From assembly GCA_016748015.1 (NCBI GenBank), contig JAAOMT010000254.1:210532-274531 (forward strand): a DNA stretch of 64,000 nucleotides. The letters are read 5' to 3'. This DNA is from Geosiphon pyriformis uo1. Lineage: Eukaryota; Fungi; Glomeromycota. Of the stretch, positions 48,346 to 61,435 are shown one piece after another. Numbering within the stretch: position 1 is the stretch's first letter; each line of letters opens with the position of its first letter. The notes under the pieces were generated by a model. The model was given only the letters and a program-made list of their open reading frames with translations, searched no databases and was not told the origin of the DNA. Position numbers and translations under genes: made by a program.

Positions 48346-51300
48346 CTAGTATAACCAAAAAATTTATGGGGTATCACACTATTACACAAAGTACTCTTAC
48401 CACAAAAAACATTAGTCAGTATACCATTACACTGTGTGGAAACATCACCTATTTTGACTATGGGTTTACCATTATCTTTACCACTATCCCTTTAAGTACT
48501 ATGTATACTGGAACCACCAGTTAGATTTCTCTTGACCCTATTATCAATACCCATTGTTTTTTCCCAATTTGCAACGTTCTCCCCACAATCTATTCCTTGC
48601 TTGAGTAACTGCCCATTTACACACCTTAATTAATACATTATTGCTAGTCCTTAGGTCAATGTTAGAAAAAGCATTGATCCTTCCAAATTGCTTATTGATT
48701 AGTCCTTTACATAGCAGATCTATGTTAAACATTGACATGATGTATTCATTAGACAGTACAATCTTCTCATCAGTATTATGGGCTTCATGTCCCTCTCTCA
48801 CAGCCTCTGAAAGGCACTGTGTCCACTTATCTTTTACATTATCAATCAGTGTCTTGCCCTCTTGGGTATTCAGAGAGCATTTCCAAAAGTGCCAGTTGGT
48901 TTCCACTTCCCTGTGACATGTCTTGCAAAGATTATTCAGGTATACATGGAGACATCTGTTGTATAGCACCTCTGCTGTTGGCAGCATGTTGTGAAATGAT
49001 TTTATAATAAATGTGTACATTGCTGAAGAACCAGTTGAGGTGAAGCCAGATGACATCTTTCCATCCCAGTTCCAAATCTTGGTTGTGCATATCCGTCTAT
49101 ATCTTGGTCTAAAGATCCTATTGTCTCTTGGACTTTGTTGTTGCCTATCCAGTCTAAAGCTGATTGAAAACTAGTCTGTTTGTTCAGAAAATGCCTGATG
49201 TTTAGATCTAATTCAACTCCTCCACAAACAGGAATGTATGCAGTCTCCTTAGCACTGTAGGCCCACCTCATTGTATCAAGAGTAGTAGATTCTTTGGCTA
49301 GTTTGTCAGCCTTCTTATTTTTTAATATACCAGCATGTGCAGCCACTTTGTTTATGTTGAGCTCAATCCTCTTTTTCCTTATTATTGCTCTAATTGCATT
49401 CCATGTGTGCCAATTTGAAGTTTTGAGCTGATTTCTAATAGACAGGGGAGAATCTTTGGACAACCATCTTTGAGCCGTTGCCATCACTGCTTGACTATCT
49501 GTGTTTATTGTTAGTTTGCATCTGTAAGGTACTGTTTCCAAAGCTAGCAATACAACTTTTGCCTCTGCTTTTGTCAATGATAATGTTCTATCAATTGCTA
49601 TACCAAATTCGGCCTCTATCCCATGTGTTATGAAAGCAGCTGCTTCTCTTGCTTTCTCAGAACCAGCTCTTACCAGTGAGCCATCTGTTGATATTTCTAT
49701 TTCTTTCCTAAGTCTTAACTTCTCTCATACACACTTTATTGTGGTAGTAAAGTGTCAGAGATATGGATATAAATAGTGTCTCTTTGCATTGTTTCTAAAT
49801 TATCTGGTATTTGGTTAGTCAGTATGTGCATACCCAATGTCTCACATTGTGCTACATTAATGTTTCTGTACTCATCCATAATGATTGTAGATTCTAAAAT
49901 CTTAAACCATCTGGGAATTATACCACTATTGCTTTGTTTGTACTTCCTTGTGAAGTCCATCTATGTCATCAACGACTCATCTTTGTTCTGTATCTGATGC
50001 AAGTACAACATGTTTTCCTTTCTTAGTAAGCTTCTAACTTTAATGTAGGTTTCACTTGAAGGTAAAATAGACTCGATTAAATATGCCTGTGGTCTTGAAA
50101 ATTCAGGTATCCCATGTGTGTTACCATTGCTCTTGAATGAGATGTCTCTTTTTTCCATCATCTGTATAATGTTTGCTATAAGATTAACCCCTGGCTTGGA
50201 TCGTTCATTGGTGGGATATTCAAGTATACTATGAGCTGACCATCTCTGTGCCTGCAAGTTGGCTAGTCTGATTTTTGTAGCCATTTCAGCAATATCAGCA
50301 GTGTTCAATCTAACTAACAAATCTGTGATCTTGCTTTTTGCTTGTATATCATCAATTTTGAACAAGTTATACAAGGATAAGTGATGCATGGCACTGGCTG
50401 GGAAGTCTACTGAGAGTTTTGCTTTTTTCTTCACAGTGGCTGAAATCTTTGAAGTCCATTTTCTAGCCCAGCTATTAGGAATATGAGTTAACTGAGATCT
50501 GAATTCAATAGCTGGACTGAGTACACTGTTAAAAATGTAGATGGCCTGTTTCTCAGTTATGTGTTTTTTCCTGATGACTGCACACACTGCTTCAATGTCA
50601 GATCCTATCATTTTTAGAACAGTCTCATTTTTACCATCTGCTCTGATCCATACTCCCAGATATCGGGTACATATAGATGGATCCAACAATTTCAAGATTT
50701 GTTTGTCTGGACCAAATTTTAGTGGCTCCACCATCGAAGATCTCTCTTTGGAGGGTCTGATCACCATTGTCACAGTCTTATCTAAGTTGATCTCAATATC
50801 CACCATTCTAAAAAAGGAGCTGGCTGTATCCAAAATACTTTGCATTCCTTGTCTTGAGTTAGCTATTCACACTGTGTCATTGATGAAGGCAAGGTGATTT
50901 ACTGACACCAACAGAGATTGTGTATCTGCTTGATTATTCCACTTTTTTCATGCTGCTGTCAGTTTGTATTCTTGACTATAATTGGCTTGTTTTACTTCAC
51001 ACAGTAAGGGGTCATAGAAAATTCTCCACATAATGGGTGAGCTTGTTTCCCCCTGATCCAGTCCATCCTGTACTTGATATTTGTTACTTAGCCCAAATTC
51101 AGTTATTATCCTGTTACTTCTATTGTTGTGCATCAAGCCAAACAGCTCAGTAAACCTATTGTTCATCTTAATCTTCTTTAGTGCAGCTTCCATGGGTTTC
51201 CATCTCACTGAATCATATGCCTTTTTCATGTCCTGAAATGTAAACCAAGCCTCTTTATCAAATTCTCTTGCATGTTCAGCTACAGCATTAATCACATGAA

Positions 51301-53263
51301 TAGGCACTGCTGTGGAGGTATTCTTTAATACTGAGGTATTGTAACCTTTTAGGACATTGTGGAGTTCACATGCTTTTGATATTCTCACAGTTAGAATTTT
51401 TGTTAAGATTTTTCTGGTGCTTTCAATGAGTGTGATCAGCCTGGTGATGTCAATATTGCCACCCCATTTTTTTGGCTTTGGAATCAGTATGACTTGTGCT
51501 ACTCTCCACTCCTCAGGCATGTTTGCTGCTTTAATGCAAGCGTTGAGCAACGTTTTCAGTTTAGACTTGGTATTAGACCCAGCCTTCCTCCAGAGTTCAG
51601 CTTGAATGCCTGATGGGCCAGGAGCTTTGTTATGGGGTGTGTGGCTCAATATGTGTTCAAATTCTTCATTTGTTAATTCATCCATTACACCATCAAAGGC
51701 ATGGTCTGGAATGCTTTTGATTGGTTCAAATCTGTGTTCCCAGCTTTTCCATAGGTCAGGCTTAATGCTTCTTGTCCTGGTCTATCTTTGGGCTTTTTTG
51801 TTTACTAGCTTTTTAATTTCATCAGGATTATCATGAAATTTGCCTTTTTCAATTACATGGTCTAGTACAATTCTTTGTCTTTTTCTGTTCATGATGCTTT
51901 TGATCATAGCTCCTTTGTTTAGATCAAAGTTTTGTTGTCTCCTAATGATATTATCCACTATCTGTCTCTGCTGTTGTAACCTGATCCTAGCTCGCAGTGT
52001 TGATCTGTATTTTTTCTTAATATTAAGCAGTTCCACAATTAGCTTATCCTTTGGAAGAGTCATCAGATATGCATTAACTGCCTCAGGTTTCAGCTGTTTC
52101 CATTTGGCCAACAACTGCATAACATTGTTATCATGCATATCTGCATTGTTTACTCTTAATTGTTTGATTATATTAGCAACAATCTTAACAAGCTTGTGAT
52201 CTATGCATTCTTTCTTTGTGTGTGCAGATCGGGCTCCCACTTTCCTTTTTGGTAGGCACTCAGCAGCTTGTAACACAGTCTCCTTGATTATAAGCCACAT
52301 CTGGTTTAGATCATCATTGCTGTTATCTATTGATTTTCTTTGTGCTTTATCTGTTAGTCAATCAGTTTCTCTAGCATAGGTTTCCCATTGGACTCCAGAT
52401 GCCTTTTTAACATCAATCATAGTTGTGCTACACTTCTTTCTTCTAGATCTAGATTTTTTAGTGCCTGCCAAGATTCTATCAGATCGGATAATTGTTACCA
52501 CTGCTTTGTGATCTGTGCTAAAAGATTCATTAACATCAATCACCCCAATGTTTGTGATCAGTGAGGCTGTGACTGCATCAGTAAACACATAGTCCAATCT
52601 TCTTTGTACACCATTTGATGCCCATGTCTTTTCTGGATTGTTTGTTGCATATGCCCCATGTGTATCCACCAAATTCATATGTTGTAATGTTGTGGTGGTT
52701 GGACAAGCTTTGGCCTTATTTGTAGCATATGTTTCCTTAAGTGACTTGGATGACAGATCTTCATTCAAATTGCCTGCTACTATGATAATCTCTTTGTTCT
52801 GTACAATGTCTCCCAAAAGTTTCCTAATTTTTTTAGCTACTGCTCTCTCAGTAGGCAATTTGGAAGCAGGCATGTATAGTCTTACTATGTGCACATTGAT
52901 TCTTCCTCTAAATTTCAACCCCAAATGCAACAATCTCCCATGAAACCCCCTGATTGTTTCTACATGGTGTATCCAACATTTTTTAACCAGTATACCAACA
53001 CCAGTTCTTATTTGTTTCTTTGTACTTGATTCCCAAAAGGCATGATATTCATCAGAACCAAAAAATACACCCTTTTTTTTTGTTGGAGTCATTTTGGTTT
53101 CCGTAACAATCACAAAATCAAATTGTTCCTCTATAACTCACTGTAGCACCTCTTCAGCTTTACCAGGATTATTAAGTCCCCTAACATTAACAGTACCAAT
53201 TTTCCAAGTGTTGTTATTGGAGTAGTTCTGTTCTATGTTGGAATTAGGTGTGCTATACATCAT
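48346..53263 (-). pseudogene. LINE ORF2: APE endonuclease, RT, RNase H, C-terminal Zn finger
   Basis: TVNVRGL, VTETK, AGNLN, RLDY, TDH; KAPGPSG, DMKKAYDSV, GLDQG, AFIND (FxDD); STDGS..TDSQ..AAH..KADKLAK; CKTC..H..C; overlaps the ORF1 end by 11 nt. Confidence 0.93.
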
Positions 53264-55902
53264 CTGTTTCCATAGATTTAGATTCTCCAGCAGTAGAACT
53301 GCTCCAGCTACTCTGTTTTTTCACTTACTTCAGTAACTCCAGAATGGGTTCCAAAGTTTTTTTAATTTCTTTGATTTCCAATTCTGGGTTGTATGTCTCC
53401 TTTTTTTCTGCTGGGGTAGATTTCAACATAGTACTTTGGTTTGGTAACCCCATTTCTACCACTTTTTTTTCTTCTGAGGTGTTACTTGGCTGTTGAGTAA
53501 CTATTACTTTTTCACCTTTTTCTATTGTCACTCCAAGTTTGGCAGCAACTGCATTCAGCAGTTTTGCCATTTCATTAATCTGCTGTCTTAGTTCATCAAT
53601 TTCACTCTTCCATGGTTGGTTATCTCCTTTTTTTAATTGTTCTTCCCTATTGTTCACTTGTGGACCAGGTTTCTGAGTATTATTTGGATTGGTGTTGTTC
53701 TGGTTATGGGGCAGTCTGAGTGCAGCCATATCAGCATATAATCTTCCACCAAAGGCTTTGATGTTCTCCTCTGGAACATTCCTCTTAACATACAGTTTTG
53801 CCAACCTGATATTGTTGGTAACTTTCTTGGTATCCCCTTCTTTCTTCTTATGCAGGGTTGGACATTTTGAGACCAAATGTCCTACCTGGTAACAGAAGTG
53901 GCACTCTTTAGCATTAGTAGGCACCCAGTGGACCAGTGTGTCACCAATTACCAAGGGTTTTTTAGTGGCATTGTTGCAGCTAGCTTCACTGTCAAATCCC
54001 ACATAAGCACAATCCATTCTCGTGTAATTTTTACTAGTTCTTGGGATGAAGCAGGATCAGGCACTGATTTGATCCAAGGTGGTGCTCAAATAGTGAGCAG
54101 TACAGTTCTGTGGTAGGTCCACCAATTTAGCTTCCCAAGTTTTTCTCTGCTCAATGATCTTTTGGGTTCCAATCATTGGGTAGATTCTGAGCGCATCCTT
54201 TCTGACCATGGTCANNNNNNNNNNNNNNNNNNNNACATTTTGAGACCAAATGTCCTACCTGGTAACAGAAGTGGCACTCTTTAGCATTAGTAGGCACCCA
54301 GTGGACCAGTGTGTCACCAATTACCAAGGGTTTTTTAGTGGCATTGTTGCAGCTAGCTTCACTGTCAAATCCCACATAAGCACAATCCATTCTCGTGTAA
54401 TTTTTACTAGTTCTTGGGATGAAGCAGGATCAGGCACTGATTTGATCCAAGGTGGTGCTCAAATAGTGAGCAGTACAGTTCTGTGGTAGGTCCACCAATT
54501 TAGCTTCCCAAGTTTTTCTCTGCTCAATGATCTTTTGGGTTCCAATCATTGGGTAGATTCTGAGCGCATCCTTTCTGACCATGGTCAACCATTGATCTAC
54601 AGCTCTTGTTGCTTCCTCTTGGTTGCTATACTCAACTACTGCTAATTGCCATTTGCCAGCCACTCTGATTTGGATTTTTTTGACCTCACCAAATTCTTTC
54701 ATAGCAGCCCCCACCTTTCTGTCAGAGATGCTCAAGAGGATATCTCTTACTAGGACTTTTTTCTGACCAGCCATTTGGATGTTAACACCATCAGTAGCCA
54801 TCAAAAATGATTCAATATCATTATTTGCCAGAATTTCTCTGGCTTGGTCTCTTTCAGCCACTTGGGAAAAATCCACTCTGATTTCTTGGTTTCTAGCCAT
54901 TACAGCTCCCAAGAAGTAACTAACATCTCCCAAGAGATCATAGATCCACCCCACTTTTTTTCCCATGATTTTCTCAGGTATATCCAATGCTTGTACAAAA
55001 AGTACATGCCTCTTGGTTCCATGGACCACCGTTCGCCATCCTTCCTCCTGGTTTGCTTCCACAGACATGGGTTTTTTGCCAAGAGATTTACTACTGTATT
55101 GTCCTGGACTTGGACTAGCCATTCTGCTTGATAGGCTTGATTCAGATTCTTCCATGTCTTCTGTGACATCCTCTGCATTAGGCTTATCTCTGTTTGTGTC
55201 AAATGGATTGTCCATTTGTTTTTCATTCTCTAATGCAGACTTTCCTCTGTTGATCCTGTCCAAAATATCAGGATTGCACTTTCTCAGAGCTGCTTCTATT
55301 TGTGCAGCTCTGTTTCTGTCTTCTTTAGGCACTTTGAATGGTCCATCCATTTTTCTCAGGGACTTTGAGGCTCCCTTTTCACCAGTCCAAGCTTCCATTT
55401 GAAATTTGTTGTTATTTCCTCCTTTGTTGAACATTGGCTGCAAGACAAAGGTATCAGTTTGAACAGATGTGGTTTCAGGTAAGTTTTCTTCAGATATTTG
55501 GGTAAATTTCTTAGTTAGTCCTTTTACACTTAATTCTCCGATGTGTCTGTATTTCTTGTTGGCCTTTTCCTCTAATCTGTTAGCTGTTATCAGAGAAAAA
55601 TCTGCTGCTCTCCTGTGTGGAGCTGTTCTTTTTGATGTTTTGGCTATTCTAAAGGGTGTATTGTCTCCACTACTTGTGTCCACACTTCCAAATGGTCTAT
55701 TGGTGGTTTCAAATCTAAATGGAGGTGTAATAGGTCTGGCAGTTTCCACAGTCAATAAATTTTGTGGATTAGCATTGATGTCTTCTCCTTCAGCAGTGGA
55801 AGTTATTTTCCCTTCCACTTGGTATTTACTGACAATAGTTTCTACACTTGTACTTCTTTGTGTGACTGTTGTCACTTCACTGTTGATGTTGTTATCAGAC
55901 AC
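53253..55902 (-). pseudogene. LINE ORF1 (RRM-like + CCHC + coiled coil); spans an assembly gap
   Basis: KVLVRDI..FGEVKKI..AVVEY RRM-like; CHFCYQVGHLVSKC. Confidence 0.88.
53862..54587. other. Assembly gap (20 N, 54215-54234) flanked by an apparently identical ~353-bp duplication
   Basis: 53862-54214 = 54235-54587. Confidence 0.92.
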
Positions 55903-56024
55903 TTTTAAGTCTGTTGTGATAGTAATAATAATTTATTATAATTAAAGGTTTCTTTGCAAAAACTTATTTTTCCAAATTTGAGGCATAGTAAATTGTGTAG
56001 TAGTAGTCGCTGGACTGAGTACAC

Positions 56025-56642
56025 TGTTTATTATCACATGTATTAGCCACTGATGTCATATAATTAGCCACTCTATTTTTAGATAGTGATCATTGACCTG
56101 ATCATTGACCTAGTTGTTGACCACTTTCAATAGCTATATAAGCAATAAGTCTCTTAGCTGTAGAAAATCATCTCTCAAACAAGAATCAAATAAATAAAAA
56201 TAACAACTTTCATCTCAATCACTCTCTTATCACTAATTTCCCTTTCCCTACCTTCAAGTATCTGAACATCTTTTGGATAAAAGATTACTTGTTGGCCTTT
56301 TCCTGACGTATATAATTGTAGTATTTGAAGATTATTTGAATAAACATGACTGAAAAGCACAAGTTGATACCTGATATTGAATTTTAAGAGTGCTGACGTG
56401 AAGCATAGAATTATACCAGTGGTGATCAATTGTTGACAGTACGGACTATCCCTCTACCTTCAGATTTCCCAGTTACCTTTGAAAAGAATAGTAACTGAGA
56501 TATTTTATGAGACTGATCTCACACATTGAATCCATACTCATTCAATTCACTCTTTGAAGTTGAATCCGCTTTGATTATTTCCATCACTCTACAATCCTGT
56601 TCTCCCTTGCTATCCGTTAGCTTGTTACTCCAACCCATAACA
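56025..56642 (+). repeat. Solo LTR family C (small 5' deletion)
   Basis: Matches 61436-62127; ends CCCATAACA; no PBS follows. Confidence 0.88.
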
Positions 56643-59521
56643 ATATGTTTCCTCAAGTAACTTGCATGACAGATCTTCATTCAAATTGCCTGCAACTATG
56701 ATAATCTCTTTGTTCTGTACAATGTTTTCCAAAAGTTTCCTGATTTCTCTAGCTACTGCTCCTTTAGTAGGCACTTTGGAAGCAGGCATGTACAGTCCTA
56801 CTATGTGCACACTGACTCTTCCTCTAAATTTCAACCCCAAATGCAATAACCTCCCATGAAACTCCTTGATTGTTTCTACATGGTGTATCTAACATTTTAT
56901 GACCAGTATACTAACACCAGTTCCCATTTGTTTCTTTGTACTTGATTTCCAAAAGGCATGATATTCATCAGAACCAAAAAATACACCCTTCTCTTTTGTT
57001 GGAGTTATTTTAGTTTCTGTAACAATCACAAAGTCAAATTGTTTTTCAATAACCCAACATAGTACCTCTTCAGCTTTACCAGGATTATTAAGCCCTCTAA
57101 CATTAATAGTACCAATTTTCCAAGTGTCATTATTGGAGTAGTTCTGTTCTATGTTGGAATCAGGTGTGCTACACATCATTTGTTTCCATAGATTTAGATT
57201 CTCCAGCAGTAGAACTGCTCCAGCTACTCTGTTTTTTCACTTGCTTCAGTAACTCCAGAATGGGTTCCAAAGTTTTTTTAATTTCTTTGATTTCCAATTC
57301 TGGGTTGTATGCCTCTTTTTTTTCTGCTGGGGTAGATTTCAACATAGTATTTTGGCTTGGTAACCCAATTTCTACCACTTCTTTTTCTTCTGAGGTGTTA
57401 CTTGGCTGTTGAGTAACTATTACTTTTTTACCTTTTTCTATTGTCACTCCAAGTTTGGCAGCAACTGCATTCAGCAGTTTCGCCATTTCATTCTTCTATA
57501 GTTGGTTAACTCTTTTTTTTATTGTTCTTCCCTATTGTTCACTTGTAGACCAGGTTTCTGAGTATTGTTTGAATTGGTGTTGTTCTGGTTATGGGGCAGT
57601 CTGAGTGCAACTATATCAGCATATGATCTTCCACCAAAGGCCTTGATGTTTTCCTCTGGAACATTCCTCTTAACATACAGTTTTGCCAACCTGATATTGT
57701 TGATAATTTTCTTGGTATCTCCTTCTTTTTTTTTATGCAGAGTTGGACATTTTGAGACCAAATGTCCTACCTGGTAACAGAAGTGGCACTCTTTAGCATT
57801 AGTAGGCACCCAGTGGACCAGTGTGTCACCAATTACCAAGGGCTTTTTAGTGGCATTGTTGCAGCTAGCTTCACTGTCAAATCCTACATAAGCACAGCCC
57901 ATCCTTGTGTAATTTTTACTAGTTCTTGGGATGAAGCAGGATCGGGCTCTGATTTGATCCAAGGTGGTGCTCAAATAGTGAGCAGTACAGTTTTGTGGTA
58001 GGTCCACCAATTTAGCTTCCCAGGATTTTCTCTGCTCAATGATCTTTTGGGTTCCAATCATTGGGTAAATTCTGACCGCATCTTTTCTGACCATGGTCAA
58101 CCATTAATCTACAGCTCTTGTTGCTTCTTCTTGGTTGTTATATTCAACCACAGCTAATTGCCATTTGCCAGCCACTCTGATTTGGATTTTTTTGACCTCA
58201 CCAAATTCTTTCATAGCAGCCCCCACCTTTTTGTCAGAGATGTCCAAGAGGATATCTCTTACCAGGACTTTTTTTTGACCAGTTATTTGGATGTTGATGT
58301 CATCAGTAGCCATCAAAAATGATTCAATTTCATTATTTGCCAGAATTTCTCTGGCTTGGTTTCTTTCAGCCACTTGGGAAAAATCCACTCTGATTTCTTG
58401 GTTTCTAGCCATTACAGCCCCCAAAAGATACCTGACATCTCCCAAGAGATCATAGATCCACCCCACTTTCTTTCCCATGATTTTTTCAGGTATATCTAAT
58501 GCTTGTACAAAAAGTACATGCCTTTTGGTCCCATAGACCACCGTTCTCCATCCTTCCTTCTGGTTTGCTTTCATAAGCATGGGTTTTTTGCCAAGTAATC
58601 TATTACTGTATTGTCCTGGACTTGGACTAGCCATTCTGCTTGATAGGCTTGATTCAGAGTCTTCCATGTCTTCTGTGACATCATCTGCATTAGGTTTATC
58701 TCTGTTTGCGTCAAATGGATTGTCTATTTGTTTTTCATTCTCTAATGCAGACTTTCCTTTGTTGATCCTGTCCAAAATATCAGGATTGCACTTTCTCAGA
58801 GCTGCTTCTATTTGTGCAGCTCTGTCTCTGTCTTTTTTAGGTGCTTTGAATGGTTCATCCATTTTTCTCAGGGACTTTGAGGCTCCCTTTTTACCAGTCC
58901 AAGCTTCCATTTGAAATTTGTTGCTATTTCCTTCTTTGTTGAACATTGGCTGCAAGACAAAGGTATTGGTTTGAACAGATGTGGTTTCGGGTAAGTTTTC
59001 TTCAGATATTTGGGTGATTTTCTCAGTTAGCCCTTTTATGCTTAATCTTCCAATGTGTCTGTATTTTTTGTTGGCTTTTTCCTCTAATCTGTTAGCTGTT
59101 ATTGGAGAAAAGTCTGCTGCTCTCCTATGTGAAACTGTTCTTTTTGATGTGTTGGCTATTCTAAAGAGTGTATTGTCTCCACTACTTGTGTTCACACTTC
59201 CAAATGGCCTATTGATAGTTTCAAATCTAAATAGAGGTGTAATAAGTCTGGCAGTTTTCACAGTTGATGAATTTCATGAATTAGCATTAATGTCTTCTCC
59301 TTCAGCAGTGGAAGTTATGTTTCCTTCCACTAGGTATTCATTATCAATAGTTTCTATACTTGTACTTCTTTGTGTGACTGTTGTCACTTCACTGTTGACA
59401 TTGTTATCAGACACTTTTAAGTCTGTTGTGATAGTAATTATAATATATTTTAGTTAAAGGTTTCTTTGCAAAAACTTTTTTTTTTCAAATTTAAGGCATA
59501 ATAAATTGTGTGGTAGCAGTC
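56643..59521 (-). mobile_element. LINE copy L3 (5' UTR, ORF1, start of endonuclease)
   Basis: Colinear with L2 52727-56008. Confidence 0.93.
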
Positions 59522-59544
59522 AAAGAAAGAAAAAAAGTTTTTTT

Positions 59545-60949
59545 AAAATTTGCCTTCTTTAATGACATAGTCTAGTACTATTCTTTGTTTTTTTCTGTTC
59601 ATAATGCTTTTGATCATTGATCCTTTGCTTAGCTCAAAGTTCTGTTGTCTTTTGATGATATTGTCCACTATTTGCCTCTGCTGTTGTAGTCTGATCCTGG
59701 CACGCAGTGTAGATTTGTATTTTTTTTGATGTTCAGTAATTCTATAATAAGCATATCTTTTGGGAGAGTTATCAGATATGCATCAACCATCTCAGATTTC
59801 AACTGTTTCCATTTGGCCAAGAGCTGCATAACATTGTTATCATGCATATCTGCATTGTTTACTCTTATTTGTTTGATTATATCAGCAATAATCTTAACAA
59901 GCTTGTGATTGATGCATTTTTTCTTTGTGTGTGCAGATCAGGCTCCCACTTTCTTTTTTGGTAGGCATTCAGCAGCTTGTAACACAGTCTTCTTGATTAT
60001 AAACCACATCTGGTTTAGATCATCATTGCTGTTATCTATTGATTTTCTTTGTGCTTCATCTGTTAGTCAATCAGTTTCTCTTGCAAAGATCTCCCATTGA
60101 ACTCCAGATGCTTTTTTAACATCAATCATAGTTGTGCTATACTTTTTCCTTCCAGATCTAGATTTTTTAATGCCTGTCAAGATTCTATCAGATTGGATGA
60201 TTGTTACCACTGCTCTGTGATCAGTGCTAAATGATTCATTAACATCAATTATCCCAATATTTGTGACTAATGAGGCTGTAACAACATTAGTAAACACATA
60301 GTCCAATCTTCTTTGTACTCCATTTGATGCCCATGTATTATCCAGATTGTTTACTGCATACATTCCATGTATATCCACCAAATTCATGTGTTGCAGCAAT
60401 GTTGCAGTGGGACAATTTTTTTTCTTGTTTGTAGTAAATGTCTCTTCAAGTGATTTGGATGCCAGATCTTTATTCAAATCGCCTGTTACTATGACAATTT
60501 CTTTGTTCTGCTAAAAGCTTTCTGATTTCTTTTGCCACTGCTTTTTCAGAAGTTGATTTGGAAGCAGGCATGTACAACTCAACTACATATACACTTATTC
60601 TACCCCTAAATTTCAATACCAGATGCAATAGTCTTCCATAATAATCTCTGATTACCTCCACATGGTGAGACAACATTTTTTAACCAGTATATCCATCCCA
60701 GTCCTATTTGTTTTTCAGTATTTGACTCCCAAAAGACATGATATTCTTCAGTACCAAAAAACACCCCTTTTTTTTTAATTGGGGTCAGTTTAGTTTCTGT
60801 AATAACCACAAAATCAAACTGTTCATCCTTAATCTATTGTAGTACCTCTTCAGCTTTGCCAGGATTGTTAAGTCCTCTAACATTGATAGTTCCTATTTTC
60901 CAAGTATTATTATCAGTAATGTTCTGTTCTAAATTGAAGTTGGATGTAC
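59545..60949 (-). mobile_element. LINE copy L4 fragment (endonuclease and linker), more diverged
   Basis: Colinear with L2 ~51836-53252. Confidence 0.9.
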
Positions 60950-61435
60950 TTTTATGGATTGGAGTAACAAGCTAATGGATAGCAAGGGAGAACAGAATTG
61001 TAGGGTGATGAAAATAATCAAAGAGAATTCAACTTCAAAGAGCAAATTGAATGAGTATGAATTCAATGTATAAGATCAGTCTCATAAAATATTTCAGTCG
61101 TTATACTTTTTAAAGATAACCAGGAAATCTGAAGGTAGAGGAATAGTCAGTACTGTCAACAAATGATCACATACTGGTATAATTCTATGCCTCACATTGA
61201 CACTCTTAGAATTCAATATCAGATATCAGATGTACTCATCAGTCCCATTTTATTCAATAGTCTTCAAATGCTGTAATTACACGTTTCAGGAAAAGGGTAA
61301 GGAATAACCAACAAGTAATCTTTTATTCCAAGATGTTTGGATACTTGAAGGTAGGGAAAGGGAAATTAGTGATAAGAGAAAGATTAAAATAAAAGTTGTT
61401 ATTTTATTTATTTGATTTTCTTGATTTCTACATAC
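60950..61435 (-). repeat. Partial family C LTR (3' part), interrupted by C-d
   Basis: Reverse complement of ~61640-62127. Confidence 0.88.

Larger units (their letters stand above)
48346..56008 (-). mobile_element. LINE copy L2, near full length (3' UTR lost)
   Basis: 5' UTR shared with L3; ORF1; ORF2 with APE, RT, RNase H, Zn finger. Confidence 0.95.

Noticed and set aside
53862-54587. Tandem duplication inside LINE ORF1
   Set aside because: Apparently identical copies either side of a 20-N gap and absent from L3, so most likely unmerged contig overlap
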